From assembly GCF_008831285.2 (NCBI RefSeq), contig NC_045138.2:7254001-7318000 (forward strand): a stretch of 64,000 nt of DNA. The letters are read 5' to 3'. Position 1 is the stretch's first letter; each line of letters opens with the position of its first letter. Below are positions 1 to 12,774 of this stretch, in pieces. The notes under the pieces are model-generated. The model was not told where the DNA came from. It did not search any database and worked only from the letters and a program-made list of their open reading frames with translations. The position numbers were made by a program, and so were the translations under genes. Origin of the DNA: Nymphaea colorata (lineage: Eukaryota).

Positions 1-361
1 CATCGGATGTTCGCTCATTATATACATGGACCGGTGTAGAGAACTTGCTCTCTCCTCTTTCCCCTACCCCTAAGTCTAAGGGCTGCAATGGTGTCTTTGG
101 AATATGTAGGATGTCTCCCCTCTAAGTCAACTAATATAAATGCATTGTTCCTAAAATCAATTGTTAGTATGAAAAGAAGGAGACCACTTTGATTCAATTT
201 GAATCACTTTTTCCTTTTTCTCAAAAACTTCTAAGGGAATGTTTCTCAACTTCTTTTTCACATTTTTTCATCATTCTCAAATGATTTTCGTTTTAAAGTT
301 TAAAGCGTCTGTTAAATTATTTATTTACATTTCTACCATTACGAAAACATCATTTTATCAT

Positions 362-393
<32 letters not shown>

Positions 394-1299
394 TTTATAT
401 TATGTATTTTCTTATTAGTTATTCATTTATTTTATTTTTTTCTAATTTTTAATTTTTTGAAAATGCCTAATTATTCATGATATTTTTCGGAGATTTTCAG
501 CTTTGCTAAAAATACCCGCAAACAATCTTACAAACTTGAAACCCGTTAATATTTTGATTATGCTTTTATTGGACAAAACTAAGGATCCTGCATCTCCGGT
601 TGTGGCTAAAAAGGCATCTACTAAATTATTTGATAAACAAAATGTTGATGAAGAAACATTTAAAAGTATATCCTTACATAATCGTCTTTTAATAAATTTC
701 ATTATGAGCTGTTAAACGATTACTAATCCAAGTTGACGAGAGTACTTATACATATGTTTCTTAATTGAATGGAAAAATTACAAAGAGCCGATGCCGAACA
801 AACAGGTGAATTAACCATTAATGGCCGCGCCATACCGTTGAGAGATATCAGATATAAGTGCCAAACTTTTCTAACTGCTTCATAAATAGCTGCAGTAAAC
901 AAATAGCAAATTAACTTGTCCCTTTAAATTAAAATTATTTTCACAAAACAAAGAAAAAAATCAACAGAAGGAAAAAATCACTGCTGCCTCTTGCGATGCA
1001 GCGAGTGTCAAAATGCCGCTGCCTGGACCCTTGCCAGGCAGCGACGGAGAGGGTCAACAGCACCCATGTGGCGTTGTTGAACAGTGAGGGTTAGGGTGAG
1101 CAACATGTAAATGACTTGAGCTCGAGCTTGAACTCAGATTATTGAGTCGAACTCGCCTCATAAAGCTCCATTCAGTAGCGGAGCTACCTTGAGGATAACA
1201 TGGACAACCATATTAAAGTTTTATTATCAATAGATCACTCAATGCATTTCATTGGGTGGATGTGATTAAACACATTTCTCAATGCATGTGTGGGAGGCT

Positions 1300-1794
1300 T
1301 AAGCCTGGGCATTGGGCCGGGCCGCCACCGGGCCTGGCCGGCCCTTTCGGACCTGGGTTCGGGCCGGGAAAAACCTGGCCTAGGCTGGGCCTGGACCCGA
1401 TAGGCCAGCCCGGTGGAGGCCCAGACCGACTCCCGCCCTCCGTCTCCCTCGCTCCCTCTCCCTCCTCCTCTGAGTCCTCTCCGCTCCCGCTCTCTCTCTC
1501 CTCCGGCTCGCCCTTTCCCTCTCCCTCTCTGCTTCCCCTCTCCCTCTCTGCTCCCGCTCCCCCTCTCTTTCTCCCCCTCTCCCTCTCCTCTTCCCCTCTC
1601 TCTCTCCCTCCTCCTCTGTCTCCCTCGCCGCTCCCCCTCCTCCTCCATCGGAGGGGGTCGGGAGGTCAGGGGAAAAGAGGGTCGGGAGGGCGGGGAAAGG
1701 GGTTGGGATGGTGGGCCTGGCCGGGTCCGGGTCCAGCTGAGCGGCCCGACGAGCCGGATCGGGCCGGCCCTGCCCGGCCCGATGCCCAGGCCTA
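1300..1794. mobile_element. Non-autonomous hAT-type MITE (GC-rich ends, CT-rich core)
   Basis: Left end TAAGCCTGGGCATTGGGCCGGGC matches the reverse complement of the right end (TAGGCCTGGGCATCGGGCCGGGC). The 8-bp flanks GGGAGGCT (1292-1299) and GTGAGGGT (1795-1802) match at 6/8, consistent with a decayed TSD. GGGCC/GGCCC subterminal repeats are present. Confidence 0.75.
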
Positions 1795-4471
1795 GTGAGG
1801 GTACACAAATTTTCAGTGGAAACCCATACGAAGAAATTCATAAACACAACACACTCTTATAGCTCAGCCTTGACAACCCACAGTTGGGACAACCCCCAAC
1901 AACTGAAACGTTCAGATATAATATCAGTGTGTGGGCGCATCCACTCAATTAGATCGTTCTACATGCCTTTTTTTCCAAGATAAGCTGATGAATATCACCA
2001 AGGTTTCAAAAATGAGTACAGGGTAATAAGTATATATATATATACATCATATTTTGTTTCATTTCTTATATATATATACATATATAAAACGTAATATTAA
2101 AAACGTGTAATATTAAAAAAACACATATAATACCCAAGAAATAAGTTAGTCGTATAAAACTGCAATTAGAGATGACATTTTTTTTAAATGCCAAAAAATA
2201 GAAAACGTAGAAATAACACGTGTTATACATGTATTTTTAGCTTTTTGTATTTTTTATTATTTTTTATTTTTTATAATTTTTAAATGTATTAAATATTTTA
2301 AATTTTTAAATCGAGGTATTCTTGAGATATACAACTTTACCGTATTATACTCAAGAAAATTTTCAGATGGAATTCTCTCCATTCAAGGTCGCCCTGTGCT
2401 TTTTATCCTGCCGTCTCTTTTCATTGGTGGTATATATTTAGTCTATCCTTAATGACCTGACCACATTATACATTGTTGGGAAACTCAAGTCAGGTTGTGT
2501 GGTAGCTTAGTTGGCAACAATTGGAAGACACTCTAATCCTAGCCCAAGTTCAGGCATTCATTATGTCTTCGCTTTAAACCTTGACGCGGTCTTGGATGCG
2601 TATAGAGTTAGGCATAAAAAGATTCTCTGCAGACCCCCCGGGGGTGGAGGCAGGTGTGAGTGAAAAATTACCAATACGAAGCTAAAAAAAATTCTTAATT
2701 TTATATTAACATTTATAGTTTTTCTTATTTATACAATATTGCTTCTTAAAAATTTAAAATTTTGCCTCCTTAATTAAATTTTTTTGCCCTGTACGGGTTA
2801 TTTTTGCCGTTGTCCGGAGGCATATTGGAAAGATGAGTTCAACTCCGAGAGCCAAGCTGTCATCTCCTCCTTTGTTGGAATGGAAGATGACCTTCTTGGA
2901 CGAAGAAAAGTAGACTGTGTAGAACACTAGAATAAAAATCAAACATTTGACAGAAAAACGTCAAGCTGTGGTGTACAATAACAAAAAAAAACCTTAAAAA
3001 GTTTAGGTCTCTTTATCTAACTCCAGTTAAACGAAGAAAAATCAAGGGTTATGCACTTTTCTGTTAATTCACTGGAATTTGGGCGTGTTTCTGAAAGTAT
3101 TTTCAGTCAAACTTCAGGGCAGCGTTACTTGAACTATTGCAACTGTGACCTGACAGGCATTTGATAAGCTTTTTCAACAATAATCTTTCCATTATTGACC
3201 AAGAATTAGGTGCAGGTTCAAGTTCGGGAGCAGTATCGTTATCTTCTATGTGCTCCAGCCTCCAAGTCCCCGGTTGAAAAGGAAACTGATTGATCATAAA
3301 TTATTAATAGTATGTAGGGCAGTTGTCCGGATTCTTGAGCCGAAATTTTTCTCGCCGCAGCTGAATTATGTGTTTAGAAATCTTTACCGATGCCAAATCA
3401 AAGTATTTACAGAAAATTATTTCAAAGTAGCTTTCCATACATGAAAGCGGAAAAGCTAGCTGAAGTGTCATGCATGGAACTTTCCTTATTCTGTTCTGCT
3501 ATGGCTCTCCTGTATCTTTTTTTTCCGAGATGGTTGATTTCTTCACATGTCAACTTCAACGAGATTTCTGTAAAACAAAATATGAACTATCACTAATATC
3601 AAACCCGCTATTAAAGTCTTATGCAGTTATAATCTGATGTCCGAAAATGCACATTTTCATCACAGTCACCAGATCACAAGCAAAGAGATGAAGAAGAAAG
3701 AATGGAGGAGAAATGGGGTTAGAGAAGTCACCACTAATTCTGTTCACATTGGCAAAACCATAGCGCTTGCTGACTCATGAAATGGTGCCACGGTTCAGGA
3801 TATCATCAAGCCAATTGTGAAATTTATTCCATAGTTCCAATCTTCAAATACATAGAACAAGAATGTTCAAAAGACAAAGATATTACATCATATATGTGCC
3901 TAGATTGAGTATGGGTAATGCCTCACATAAACATCATACTCTACAACAGCATCACCAGTTGTGGCATTCAATCTGTGAATCCTGGCCTGTGTGTAACCTT
4001 GGGCCATCCTGAAATACCCAGTCCCACCCACCACTGCCAATTCTCTTATAGGAACCGAGGCACTGTTCCTTCCCAATACGCTCAGAGTGCTGCCATTGTA
4101 TGCTCCTTCCAAGAACACATACGTCTGCACCATCAGCAGGCTCACGTTTTGCAGTGCCGCAGAAGCATAGAACCCCTGAGCTCTCCCAATCAACTTGGAC
4201 GTCAGTTCCCGCCCTTCCGTCAGAGGATCATCGATCATGTTTACTTCGCCAAACCCCGTCGCCAAATTGTTCAACGGAGACTGAACAATGGTCGCCACCG
4301 TCGGGTTCCGGCCGGTAACTATGTCGTGGAAGAAGAAGTGGATGTGGGTGGTCCTCTGTTTCTGTAACCGGATTGCTGGCGACGGGATGATTCTGTGGTT
4401 ACTGGTCTTTGCCGCGCAACTAACTGTTAGGAGGATTGCAAGGAAGGAGAGGAAGAAGTAGTTGCTGCCTG

Positions 4472-7400
4472 CAATGTTGTAAAACGCGTATCGTAAAGCG
4501 TATCGATCAGGCTTTAAGATACGTCGTATCGTAACCGTATCGTAATTTTTTTTAAAATAATAATAATAAATCAGAAAAAATTAAAAAAAATCAAAAAATT
4601 CATAAAAAAATCAGAAAAAATTAAAAATAATAAATTCTTCATAGAAAACACGTTTTAGATAATGATAGACTTATTATTGCTAAATGCTATAAACTTACAC
4701 GTTCACGGTTCATCATTCATACTTCATAGACATCAAAATTCATAACAATATCATTCAATTTCAATCAACAAAGCATAAGTCATAAAGTGATAAAGTCATA
4801 TAACATTCAAGTGTTCAACAACTATAGATAACTCTTAAGTGGTTCGATAGCACTAGTAGACTCTCCTTCATCAACAAAGCCTTCTGTTGCTTCAGCTTCA
4901 AGGTTGAAGCATTCAAGATCTTCATCATCAAGATCTTCATCATCAAATATTGTAGCCGGTTCTTCCTCAATCCATGGCTCCAGTTCGTCAAAGTTTTCCA
5001 AGCTGATAGGATCGAACTGAGATGTGTGCTTCCTTGCTGATGTTTTTTGTAATTCTCTACGTTACATAAGAGAAAACTTATTAATATATAATTTCATATA
5101 AATATATTGTACAAAAAATGTAAACATTAAGCTATATTACCTTTGTTTCAACCTCATATTATATCGAACAAAGACAAAGTCATCCAACCTTTTATGTTCG
5201 AGTCTATTCCTTTTTTTGCTATGGATATGTTGGAACACACTCCAGTTCCTTTCGCATCCACTAGCACTGCATGTCTGGCTGAGGACTTTGATTGCAAAAC
5301 GTGCTAGGTTTGGACAATCAAACCCATACCTATTCCACCACAAATCTAAACAAAAATATAACGTTATAACAAATCAATGTGAAAGTTATAAAAGAATCAA
5401 ATGTAACAAATGCAAAGTAAATTAAACATTTCTATGTATTTACCTGGACGCATGGTTGTCCTGGCTCGAACGACGACAGGTTGTCCCATGCCCCGATAAC
5501 AAGTATCATATAGATTTAACTCATTGCTGACGGCATCTTGTTCTCTAGAATCTGCCACTAACACGTTAATACAATCCAACAAACCACTTAAGACTTCTCT
5601 GTCCTTCCTAAATGTAGGAGAAAATCTAATTGCAGGATTTAGATAGTAAGCTGCTGCATGAAGAGGTTGATGAAGCTGTCCAGTCCACCTTTTATCTATC
5701 ATCTTTTATATGGGCATATATAACTTTTTCTTTCCTTTTAAGTTGTCTCAAATTGCCTCTTTTGCTTTATCCATGGCCTCATGTAAGTACCCTATGGAAG
5801 GCCTATCCTCACTGTCAGCTAACCTGAGGACTTTCACTATGAAACACAAACTTTCAATAGCTTCACACATGATTCTCAAAATTCGTTATTAAACATGATA
5901 TCCACAACTAAAGAAGCATTTCTTTTATGAGCATGTGGATATGCAGTTCATTCTTCACTAGCGAACATCTGCCTCAAAGGAGTTCTTTGTTTCACCACAC
6001 TCTGCACAATCAATACATTTGTGGCAAATCTAGTTTGTGCAGGTCGTATCAATTCAACTCCTTTTGTAAACTTTCTCATCAAACTCAATACATATGCATG
6101 ATTATAGATAAATTTTGTTACCTCTTGACATTGGTCAATGACTGATTTCATATCATGCATCTCATTAAGATCTTGAAGCATAAGATTAACACAATGAGTG
6201 GCACATGGACTCCAAAAGAATGTTCCATACTTTTGAAATAACAAATCTCATGCAGCTCTATAATTTGCAGTATTATCTGTAATAAACTGTACAATGTTTT
6301 TCGGTCCAACTTCTTGTACTACATTATAAAAAACATTGAACAAAATCTTAGTAGTCTTAGGAACATCAGACAAGTCAAGAGATTTCAAGAACATTGTACC
6401 TTTAGGACAATAAACAAGAAAATTTACAAGTGCTCTTGACCTTGTATCAGTCCATCCATCTGACATAATGGAGCAACCTATTTCCTTCCAAGATAATTTC
6501 AATTGATCGCAATGTCCAGACACTTCTTTCACTGTATCTTGAAGAATTTTACCCTTCAACTGATGATATGATGACATTTCGAATCCGGGGCCTGTAGAAG
6601 CAATTGCATCTGCCATGGCTTGGAATTGAAAAGAATTAGCCGCATTAAATGTAATACATGCATCATAAAACCATTTTCCTACCATCTTTTGTGCTTGATA
6701 TAGCATATCTTTAGATGTCATAGCAGCACGAATCTGCGGCTGACCACGTGGGCTAGTATATGAAGGAAAAAAGCTCTTAATAGAGCCAACACTAGACCTA
6801 CCAGTAGGAACTCTACCACTAGGTGGTCGCATACCATGCTTGGCCCTATCTGTTGTTCCTCTTCTCTTCCTTCCCGTTACGCCAGATCGACCTCCTTCAT
6901 ACATGATCCCTTTTCCTCTACGATCTCTACCTCTTGAGGTCTCCAAATCTGTTCTTAGAATTGTATCATCTTCATCGTCACATTCATAAGCTTCTTCCTC
7001 TTCTTCTTCATCTTCCAAAGCCTCATTATAGCCTACATCTGCCTATTCAATTTCTTTCTGTATCATATTTTGATGTAAAGCATGAAGCATATCTAAACAT
7101 TGCTGACGGACATATGGAGGCAAAGGTTTGTTTGGTCCTCCAACACAAGGAGACGCATCTTTGGAGGTCCCTACCAAATGGTGTTTCATTATACTAATCC
7201 CTTCTGAAAATGTATTCCCACAAAAGCTACATTTGAGTTTAAGTGGTTATTCTCCTTCACCCTTTCGCACTATTGCCATGTAGAATTCATATCTTAAAAA
7301 AAAAACGAAATCCTATGGTAAACTTAATGAAAAACATTCAAAATCTTTCAATCTACGATTCTATGGTAAAAAATTATGAATATGTGGTAAAAACAAGAGA

Positions 7401-7779
7401 TTCCATACCTTATAAAGAAGAAATCAAGAAAACCCCTTTCCTCTCAATGAAAATCAACCACCCACGCACAAATCGACCCTTCAATCTTCGATTTCACGAT
7501 GAAAATCAATGTTTTCACGGTGAAAATTGATGATCTCCCCTCTTGGACGCACAAACCCCATGTTATAAATGAAGAACCCTCACACGTTTTAAAGAAAAAG
7601 TGAAAAAGGAGGCTTCGGGTGCCTCTTTTTCAAAATTTACCCGTATCGCACGATACGTGCGATACAAGGCCGATACACCCCCTATTTACGATACGGGGGG
7701 TATACCGTATCGTAAATAGTCATCGATACGATACGTATCGTACAATACAGGCTCGTATCGTACGATACGTACAACATTG
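4472..7779 (-). mobile_element. hAT DNA transposon (hAT-1) with decayed transposase
   Basis: 10-bp perfect TIR CAATGTTGTA (4472-4481 / 7770-7779); 8-bp TSD GCTGCCTG (4464-4471) / ACTGCCTG (7780-7787); CGTATCG/CGATACG subterminal repeats at both ends. Confidence 0.95.
4850..7290 (-). pseudogene. hAT transposase (BED zinc finger, DUF659-type core, C-terminal dimerisation domain), with frameshifts and stops
   Basis: BED-like KCSFC...KHHL near 7230-7180; GCSIMSDGWTD...LVNFLVYCPKGTMFLKS; FWSPCATHCVNLML; LHAAAYYLNP; WWNRYG...SQTCSASGCERNWS...KKRNRL. Apparent GT-AG introns at about 5346-5443 and 5057-5140. The 3' limit is approximate. Confidence 0.9.
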
Positions 7780-7851
7780 ACTGCCTGCCATGTCTCCAAA
7801 GTATGAGCAAGAGAGCGATGCAGGTCGATCAATTCATGTACTCTGGTTCTG

Positions 7852-7860
7852 CTTATATAG
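7852..7860 (-). promoter_or_regulatory. Probable TATA box of the interrupted dirigent gene
   Basis: CTATATAAG on the minus strand about 60 bp upstream of the ATG at 7791. Confidence 0.55.
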
Positions 7861-8330
7861 ACAAGCAAATCTGATGATGAAAGTCGCCCCACCTTCTCTT
7901 CTACCCAGCTAGTCATTTTCTGTTATGCGTAATGACCTTTCAGACTAGACTCGCTGATTTTGCTGTACAAAATCATTTTTTTCTATGACCTTTTGGCGCT
8001 GGCTTTGTTGATAGTTCGGCCTTCCTTTATTGTGAACACAAAGAAGTTCTACTACGACTTTGAAGGCGAGAAGGTAACGGGTCTCCCAAACAGGCGGACT
8101 TTATTCAAAGCTGGTTATAAATGCCTTTGTTGTACATATAATTTAAATTATGCGTGATTTTAATAATAACAAAAAATGCTTATGATTAATAACAAAAAAT
8201 AAAACCTTATTATAAGGACAAAAAAAACAGCAAAAAGTAGAAAAGGTAAAATTTGTTAGTTTATAACTTTATGACTAATATATTATTTTAAGAAGAAAAA
8301 AAATGTTTTTGTTTTTCTTATCCCATATGT

Positions 8331-8630
8331 AGTGTTATCTCACTATCTCATAAATATTTTATTATTTGATACTTATATTTAGCGTGATCTCATACATCCG
8401 TCCATTATCTCATTATTTTATAAATATTTTATTATCTCATAAACATTATCTCAAACTTATGTTTAGTGTTATCTGTATACATGTCTGTTATCTCATTATC
8501 TAATAAATCTTTTATTATCTCACACCTATATTTAGCGTTATCTCATACATCCGTCCGTCCATTCTTTCCTTATTTCATAAATCTTTGATTATATCATACA
8601 CATTATCTCATACTTATTTGTTATCTTATG
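8331..8630. repeat. Degenerate tandem repeat built from TTATCTCAT-like motifs
   Basis: Many copies of (T)TATCTCA(T). A longer unit TATTTAGCGT.ATCTCATACATCCGTCC recurs at about 8377 and 8530. Confidence 0.65.
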
Positions 8631-11080
8631 CACATGCATATGCAATGCTTCAGCATGAAAGTAAATGTGCATATTGGTAGCAGTATCCACATCAAGCGTA
8701 CGCTCGTTACATACACGATGCGGCACATAGATCTCTCTTGACTTTATTCCCGTAGATTGTTGGCCATAGTCTAAAGCCTCAATGTGGTACTTTCTTCTAG
8801 AATATTTTGTCCCTCGCTTTCCCGAGGTAAAATATTTGTTAGAAAAAGTTTTACAAATTCAAGAGGTTTTCACTTTGCATCAATAACACTGATTTTCTTA
8901 ATGGGGAAGATATCCCAAACAGCCACAAATTCTCCCCATGTTTTGAGCTTTACTGCTGTTTTCAGATATGAGTGCGGAACAGAACACTGTCAACTAATAA
9001 CCCTATACCCACAATTTGCAGTGTAGAAGAATAGCGGTCATGGGATTCAAACTAACAACTGACCATTCACAGTTCCAGTTCAACCAGCTACGCTATGTCT
9101 TTAGGAGTGAATTTTCCCAATGGAGGAAGTTTCCAGGGTTATGAAGTGTGAAGATGAAGAAAGCTGATACATGGTTTCTTTTGGAAGCAACAAAACTTTA
9201 AAAGCAATATTTTGAAACCATTCTTCTCAATAATGTGAAACATGCTAATATTAACTGAGCTACTCCAGGCACATGTGATTTTTGACTTCCTGCACTCACC
9301 CGGCTAGACTGGGATTAGCATCACTTCAGAGAGCATATCTTTTTTTATTGCCAATCTGGTTTTGGATCTGTTTAGTCAAATCTGTTTGGTCAGTAATTGG
9401 ATTTAGATTCGACATGCAGTTTAATACGTCTGAATGGTGGGTTTGACATCTAATTGGGATCTGATAAAGGTCCAACTTGATTGGATGTAAATTTTGGACC
9501 TGATGCTGGCTGGATCAGTATTGGGATTTAGAAAAGGTCAATCCGGTGTTACATAAAATTCAATTAAATTCAAGCCACTAAAGGCTGAATGCCACCCAAA
9601 AATCCAAACAGCTTACGTACAGTCCTTTTCTCAAGGGACCCAGTCAATCGGGGCTGAGGATGTTTGGGGATCGGACTGGGCTTCGCCTGTTCGAACCAAT
9701 AGTGGAGTTACTTTGGAGCCGGTGTGGGCAACTGACCATCCCAGCTTGTCTAAACCCTCATAAGAAAGTTTTATTATGATGAGGTTGAACTCAAGCCAAC
9801 TCATATGTGGTGCCCACACCAGGTGCCAGGGCCTGTAGCCCAACATGTACCCAATTCTGTAATAATAAGATGCGTCAATGTTTCTCGGTTAAAAATTTCT
9901 AGGTCGGCCACTGGCCCAGACCCAAACCCATTAATTATTCTTACTTGTCGTGACCGGCCTCCAACTACCATTATTTTTTTCAATTAACTTTTCAATGGGG
10001 CGTTTCATGAATCGAACCACCTTTTTCCTTCAGAATCATGCTTAGTTTGAGCTGAGCGAGGGACAGGACAAATATTTCTATGGATTCTTAGTTAGGTGAG
10101 CTCAGTTTGGTTGTGCATGCAAATGAACAGTGTTCAAGCCTCTCGTTAGGCTAAACATGATAATTCGTTGTCACATAAAACACATATTATATAAAAAATA
10201 TTTAAAATGTTTAAATTGATCACCTGAATAAAATGTAAAAAAGAATACATCTTTTTAGAAATTGTCAGAAATTAGAAAAACATGTTTTATTCCTTTATTT
10301 TTTCTTTTTCATGTTTCCAGTTACCAGTTTTTTACTTTTTACTTTTTATATATATATTTTATTTTAAGATTTTGATAACATTTTTTCCCTCAAAGATTAA
10401 TTGTTTTTAACTGTAACGAAATTTTCCCATTTTATTCAATAAAAACTAACTTTGCCATTTTATTCCCATGCAAAACATGATCGTTTATAACTTGAAAATG
10501 ATATTTGTGGCCATGGCTTGCACAAACCCAACAAGATATGATAATATTTATTTAATAACAGTAATAAAACAAATCAAATTTTAATTTATGAACCACTACA
10601 AGCTTATTTGAGACCATGACAAATGCTGACTGTCTAGATGCTCCACTTAGTGAAACCAATTGCCATGCAACCTGCGGAGCAAAGGCCCTCCTAACCCATT
10701 TATTACCAAAAGAGATAGAGATACAACAAACTGACTTGTACAGTAGATGAATATACAACAAAGAACAAAATTGACCACCAACGTTGCTGGAAGAACTATT
10801 GACCATGAAGTGTTGGTGACCTACAAACAAAATTTCATGGCCTACAAACGAAATTATGTTCTGTTTCTTATAGCTTGTAACTGTAATGTGTCAATGGAGG
10901 AGTTGCTTCGGATAAACACGAATATGGAGCTGTGAAGCTGTAGCGAGTACCCATATCCCACTTGCCTATAAATGCAGAGAGTTTTTTTGTGGGAAAGACT
11001 TCGTTTGTGAGGAGCCAATGCAATTGCAATCACCTGGTTTTTCTCTGGGAAAGAGTGGACGATCAATTTAAGGAGTCCCT

Positions 11081-11645
11081 TGTAAAGAGTCATCACCGAT
11101 CCTCTTGGAAGAGTCGAGAAAACTCAAGAGGCTTTGAGCCTTTCTTTGTTAGTGCTTAAAAAGACTAAAAGCTAAAATAAAAATAATAATAGAATGTGGT
11201 GGATTCTCGACTTGTCCTCCCTATAGGAGTGACTGACCAATTTGTAAAGCATAAAGAAAAAAAATCAAGTTGAGTGATCTTGTGTGCTCATTTCGTGAGC
11301 TGCTTTCAAGTGATTGCTCAAGTGCACGGGCGTTAGGTGCTCGGATATTAGTCCTCTATGTGAGTTTGTTGAGGTGAGTTCTTGTACCTCCTCTTTTGTA
11401 GTTTCATTTTAACAAGCAATAGAAGTGTATTACTTAAAGTCTCCTTGGTGCATATTTAACATGGTTGCTTAGTTATGTTCACTTTGCTAACTTCGTTGGC
11501 TTAGTTGATGAGTTTTTACTAAGTCAACTTTGTCAAGTTTATTGTTGAGAATTATTTTAAACGTCAAGACACAGTCGGCTTTTCTTCACATAAATTATTT
11601 AGATTTGAATCTAAGTTATAACTAGAGTCGACATTTTCGCGTACA
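11081..11645 (+). repeat. Copia-1 5' LTR
   Basis: TG...CA ends, homologous to 37549-37882, followed by a PBS-like motif. Confidence 0.85.
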
Positions 11646-11720
11646 ATTGGTTTGAGAGTGAGGTTCAATCTAAGGGTCGATTTAATAGTAAGATTAATTG
11701 GGCTAATTATATTCTGAAAT

Positions 11721-12774
11721 TATGGTAGCATTAGCAGTTGCATTAAATAATATTGAAAAGCTTAACAATAGCAATTATGGCTATTGAAAATCTTGCATGG
11801 AGTCGTATTTTTTAGGATAGAAATTAAGAGATAACAAATATTCATGTCGACGAGGAAGCTAAGATGAAATGGATGACCAAAGCAAGGAAAACTCTATTTG
11901 CAATTAAGATATCAATTGAGAAGGATTTATTAGAGCATATACATGATGCTAAAACTCCTAAAGAAGCATGGGATGCTTTTGCAATGCTATTTTCTCAAGC
12001 TAATGACGCACACTTACAACTGCTAGAAAATGAATTAGCTACATTAACTCAGGGAAACATGTCAATAACAAAGTATTTTTTGAAGGTTAAAAACATCTAT
12101 AGGGAGATTTCTCAATTTGACCCTGAGTCTAAGATTAGTTAGGCCTATATGCGGAGAATTCTTATTCGTGGACTTCGTTCAGAATTTAGCAATTTTATAA
12201 TTGATGTTCAAGGTTGGCCATTTCAACCAACTTTATTGGAGTTAGAGAATCTTTTGATCAATCAAGAAATATTAGCGAAGCAAATGGCTGAACTTTTACT
12301 CAAAGTAAATAATGACAAAGCTTTGTTTAGTAAGGGTTAGAGATCACGTTAGCCAGTTAAGCCAGTTGTTAGGTCTCCAAGTATGAACATTGATGAAAAT
12401 AAAGACAAAGATATAGAAAGAAAACAAGAGAAGCTACACAACAGTAGATACAAAAAAAGAAATGTTTTAGATGTGAAAAATTGGGTCGTTTTGCTCGTGA
12501 CTACACAGTCAAAATAGATGAAAGAAATGTAGTCACGATGATGATAAGCAGCATGAGGAAACTAATGAGACTGTACAAAAAAGTTTGTTTCTGTACTCAA
12601 TGGAGGTTAAAAAGGACATTAAACAAGAAAGATATAATTCTGCTGATGTAAAACCTATAAAAGAAGAAAAAAGAGAAGATCAATTATCAAACTGATTGGA
12701 TCATTGATTTTGAATGCTCAAATGATATGACTAGTGATGAGAACAAGTTTGAAAGTATGAAAGAATATGATGGA
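11721..12774 (+). pseudogene. Copia-1 gag and start of protease (stops and frameshifts)
   Basis: LNNSNYGY*KSCMESY; TPKEAWDAFAMLFS...LQLLENEL; RRILIRGLR; decayed knuckle CFRCEKLGRFARD; protease-like WIIDFECSNDMT. Confidence 0.85.

Larger units (their letters stand above)
3900..7791 (-). pseudogene. Dirigent protein gene interrupted by a hAT insertion in its first codons
   Basis: Joining ATG at 7791-7789 to 4471-3900 (removing the element and one TSD copy) gives an open 191-aa frame: MAGSNYFFLSFLAILLTVSCAAK (signal-peptide-like)...THIHFFFHDI...FGEVNMIDDPLTEG...LIGRAQGFY...YNGSTLSVLGRN...RELAVVGGTGYFRMAQGY...VVEYDVYVRHYPYSI*. These are typical dirigent-domain motifs. Confidence 0.92.

Noticed and set aside
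1235..1862. Four overlapping 137-179 aa ORFs
   Set aside because: They arise from the low-complexity CT/GA and GC-rich sequence of the MITE, which lacks stop codons; no domain is recognisable.
3918..4367. 149-aa plus-strand ORF
   Set aside because: Antisense shadow of the dirigent CDS.
8331..8630. CRISPR-like array
   Set aside because: The repeats are degenerate without unique spacers, the context is eukaryotic, and no cas genes are present.
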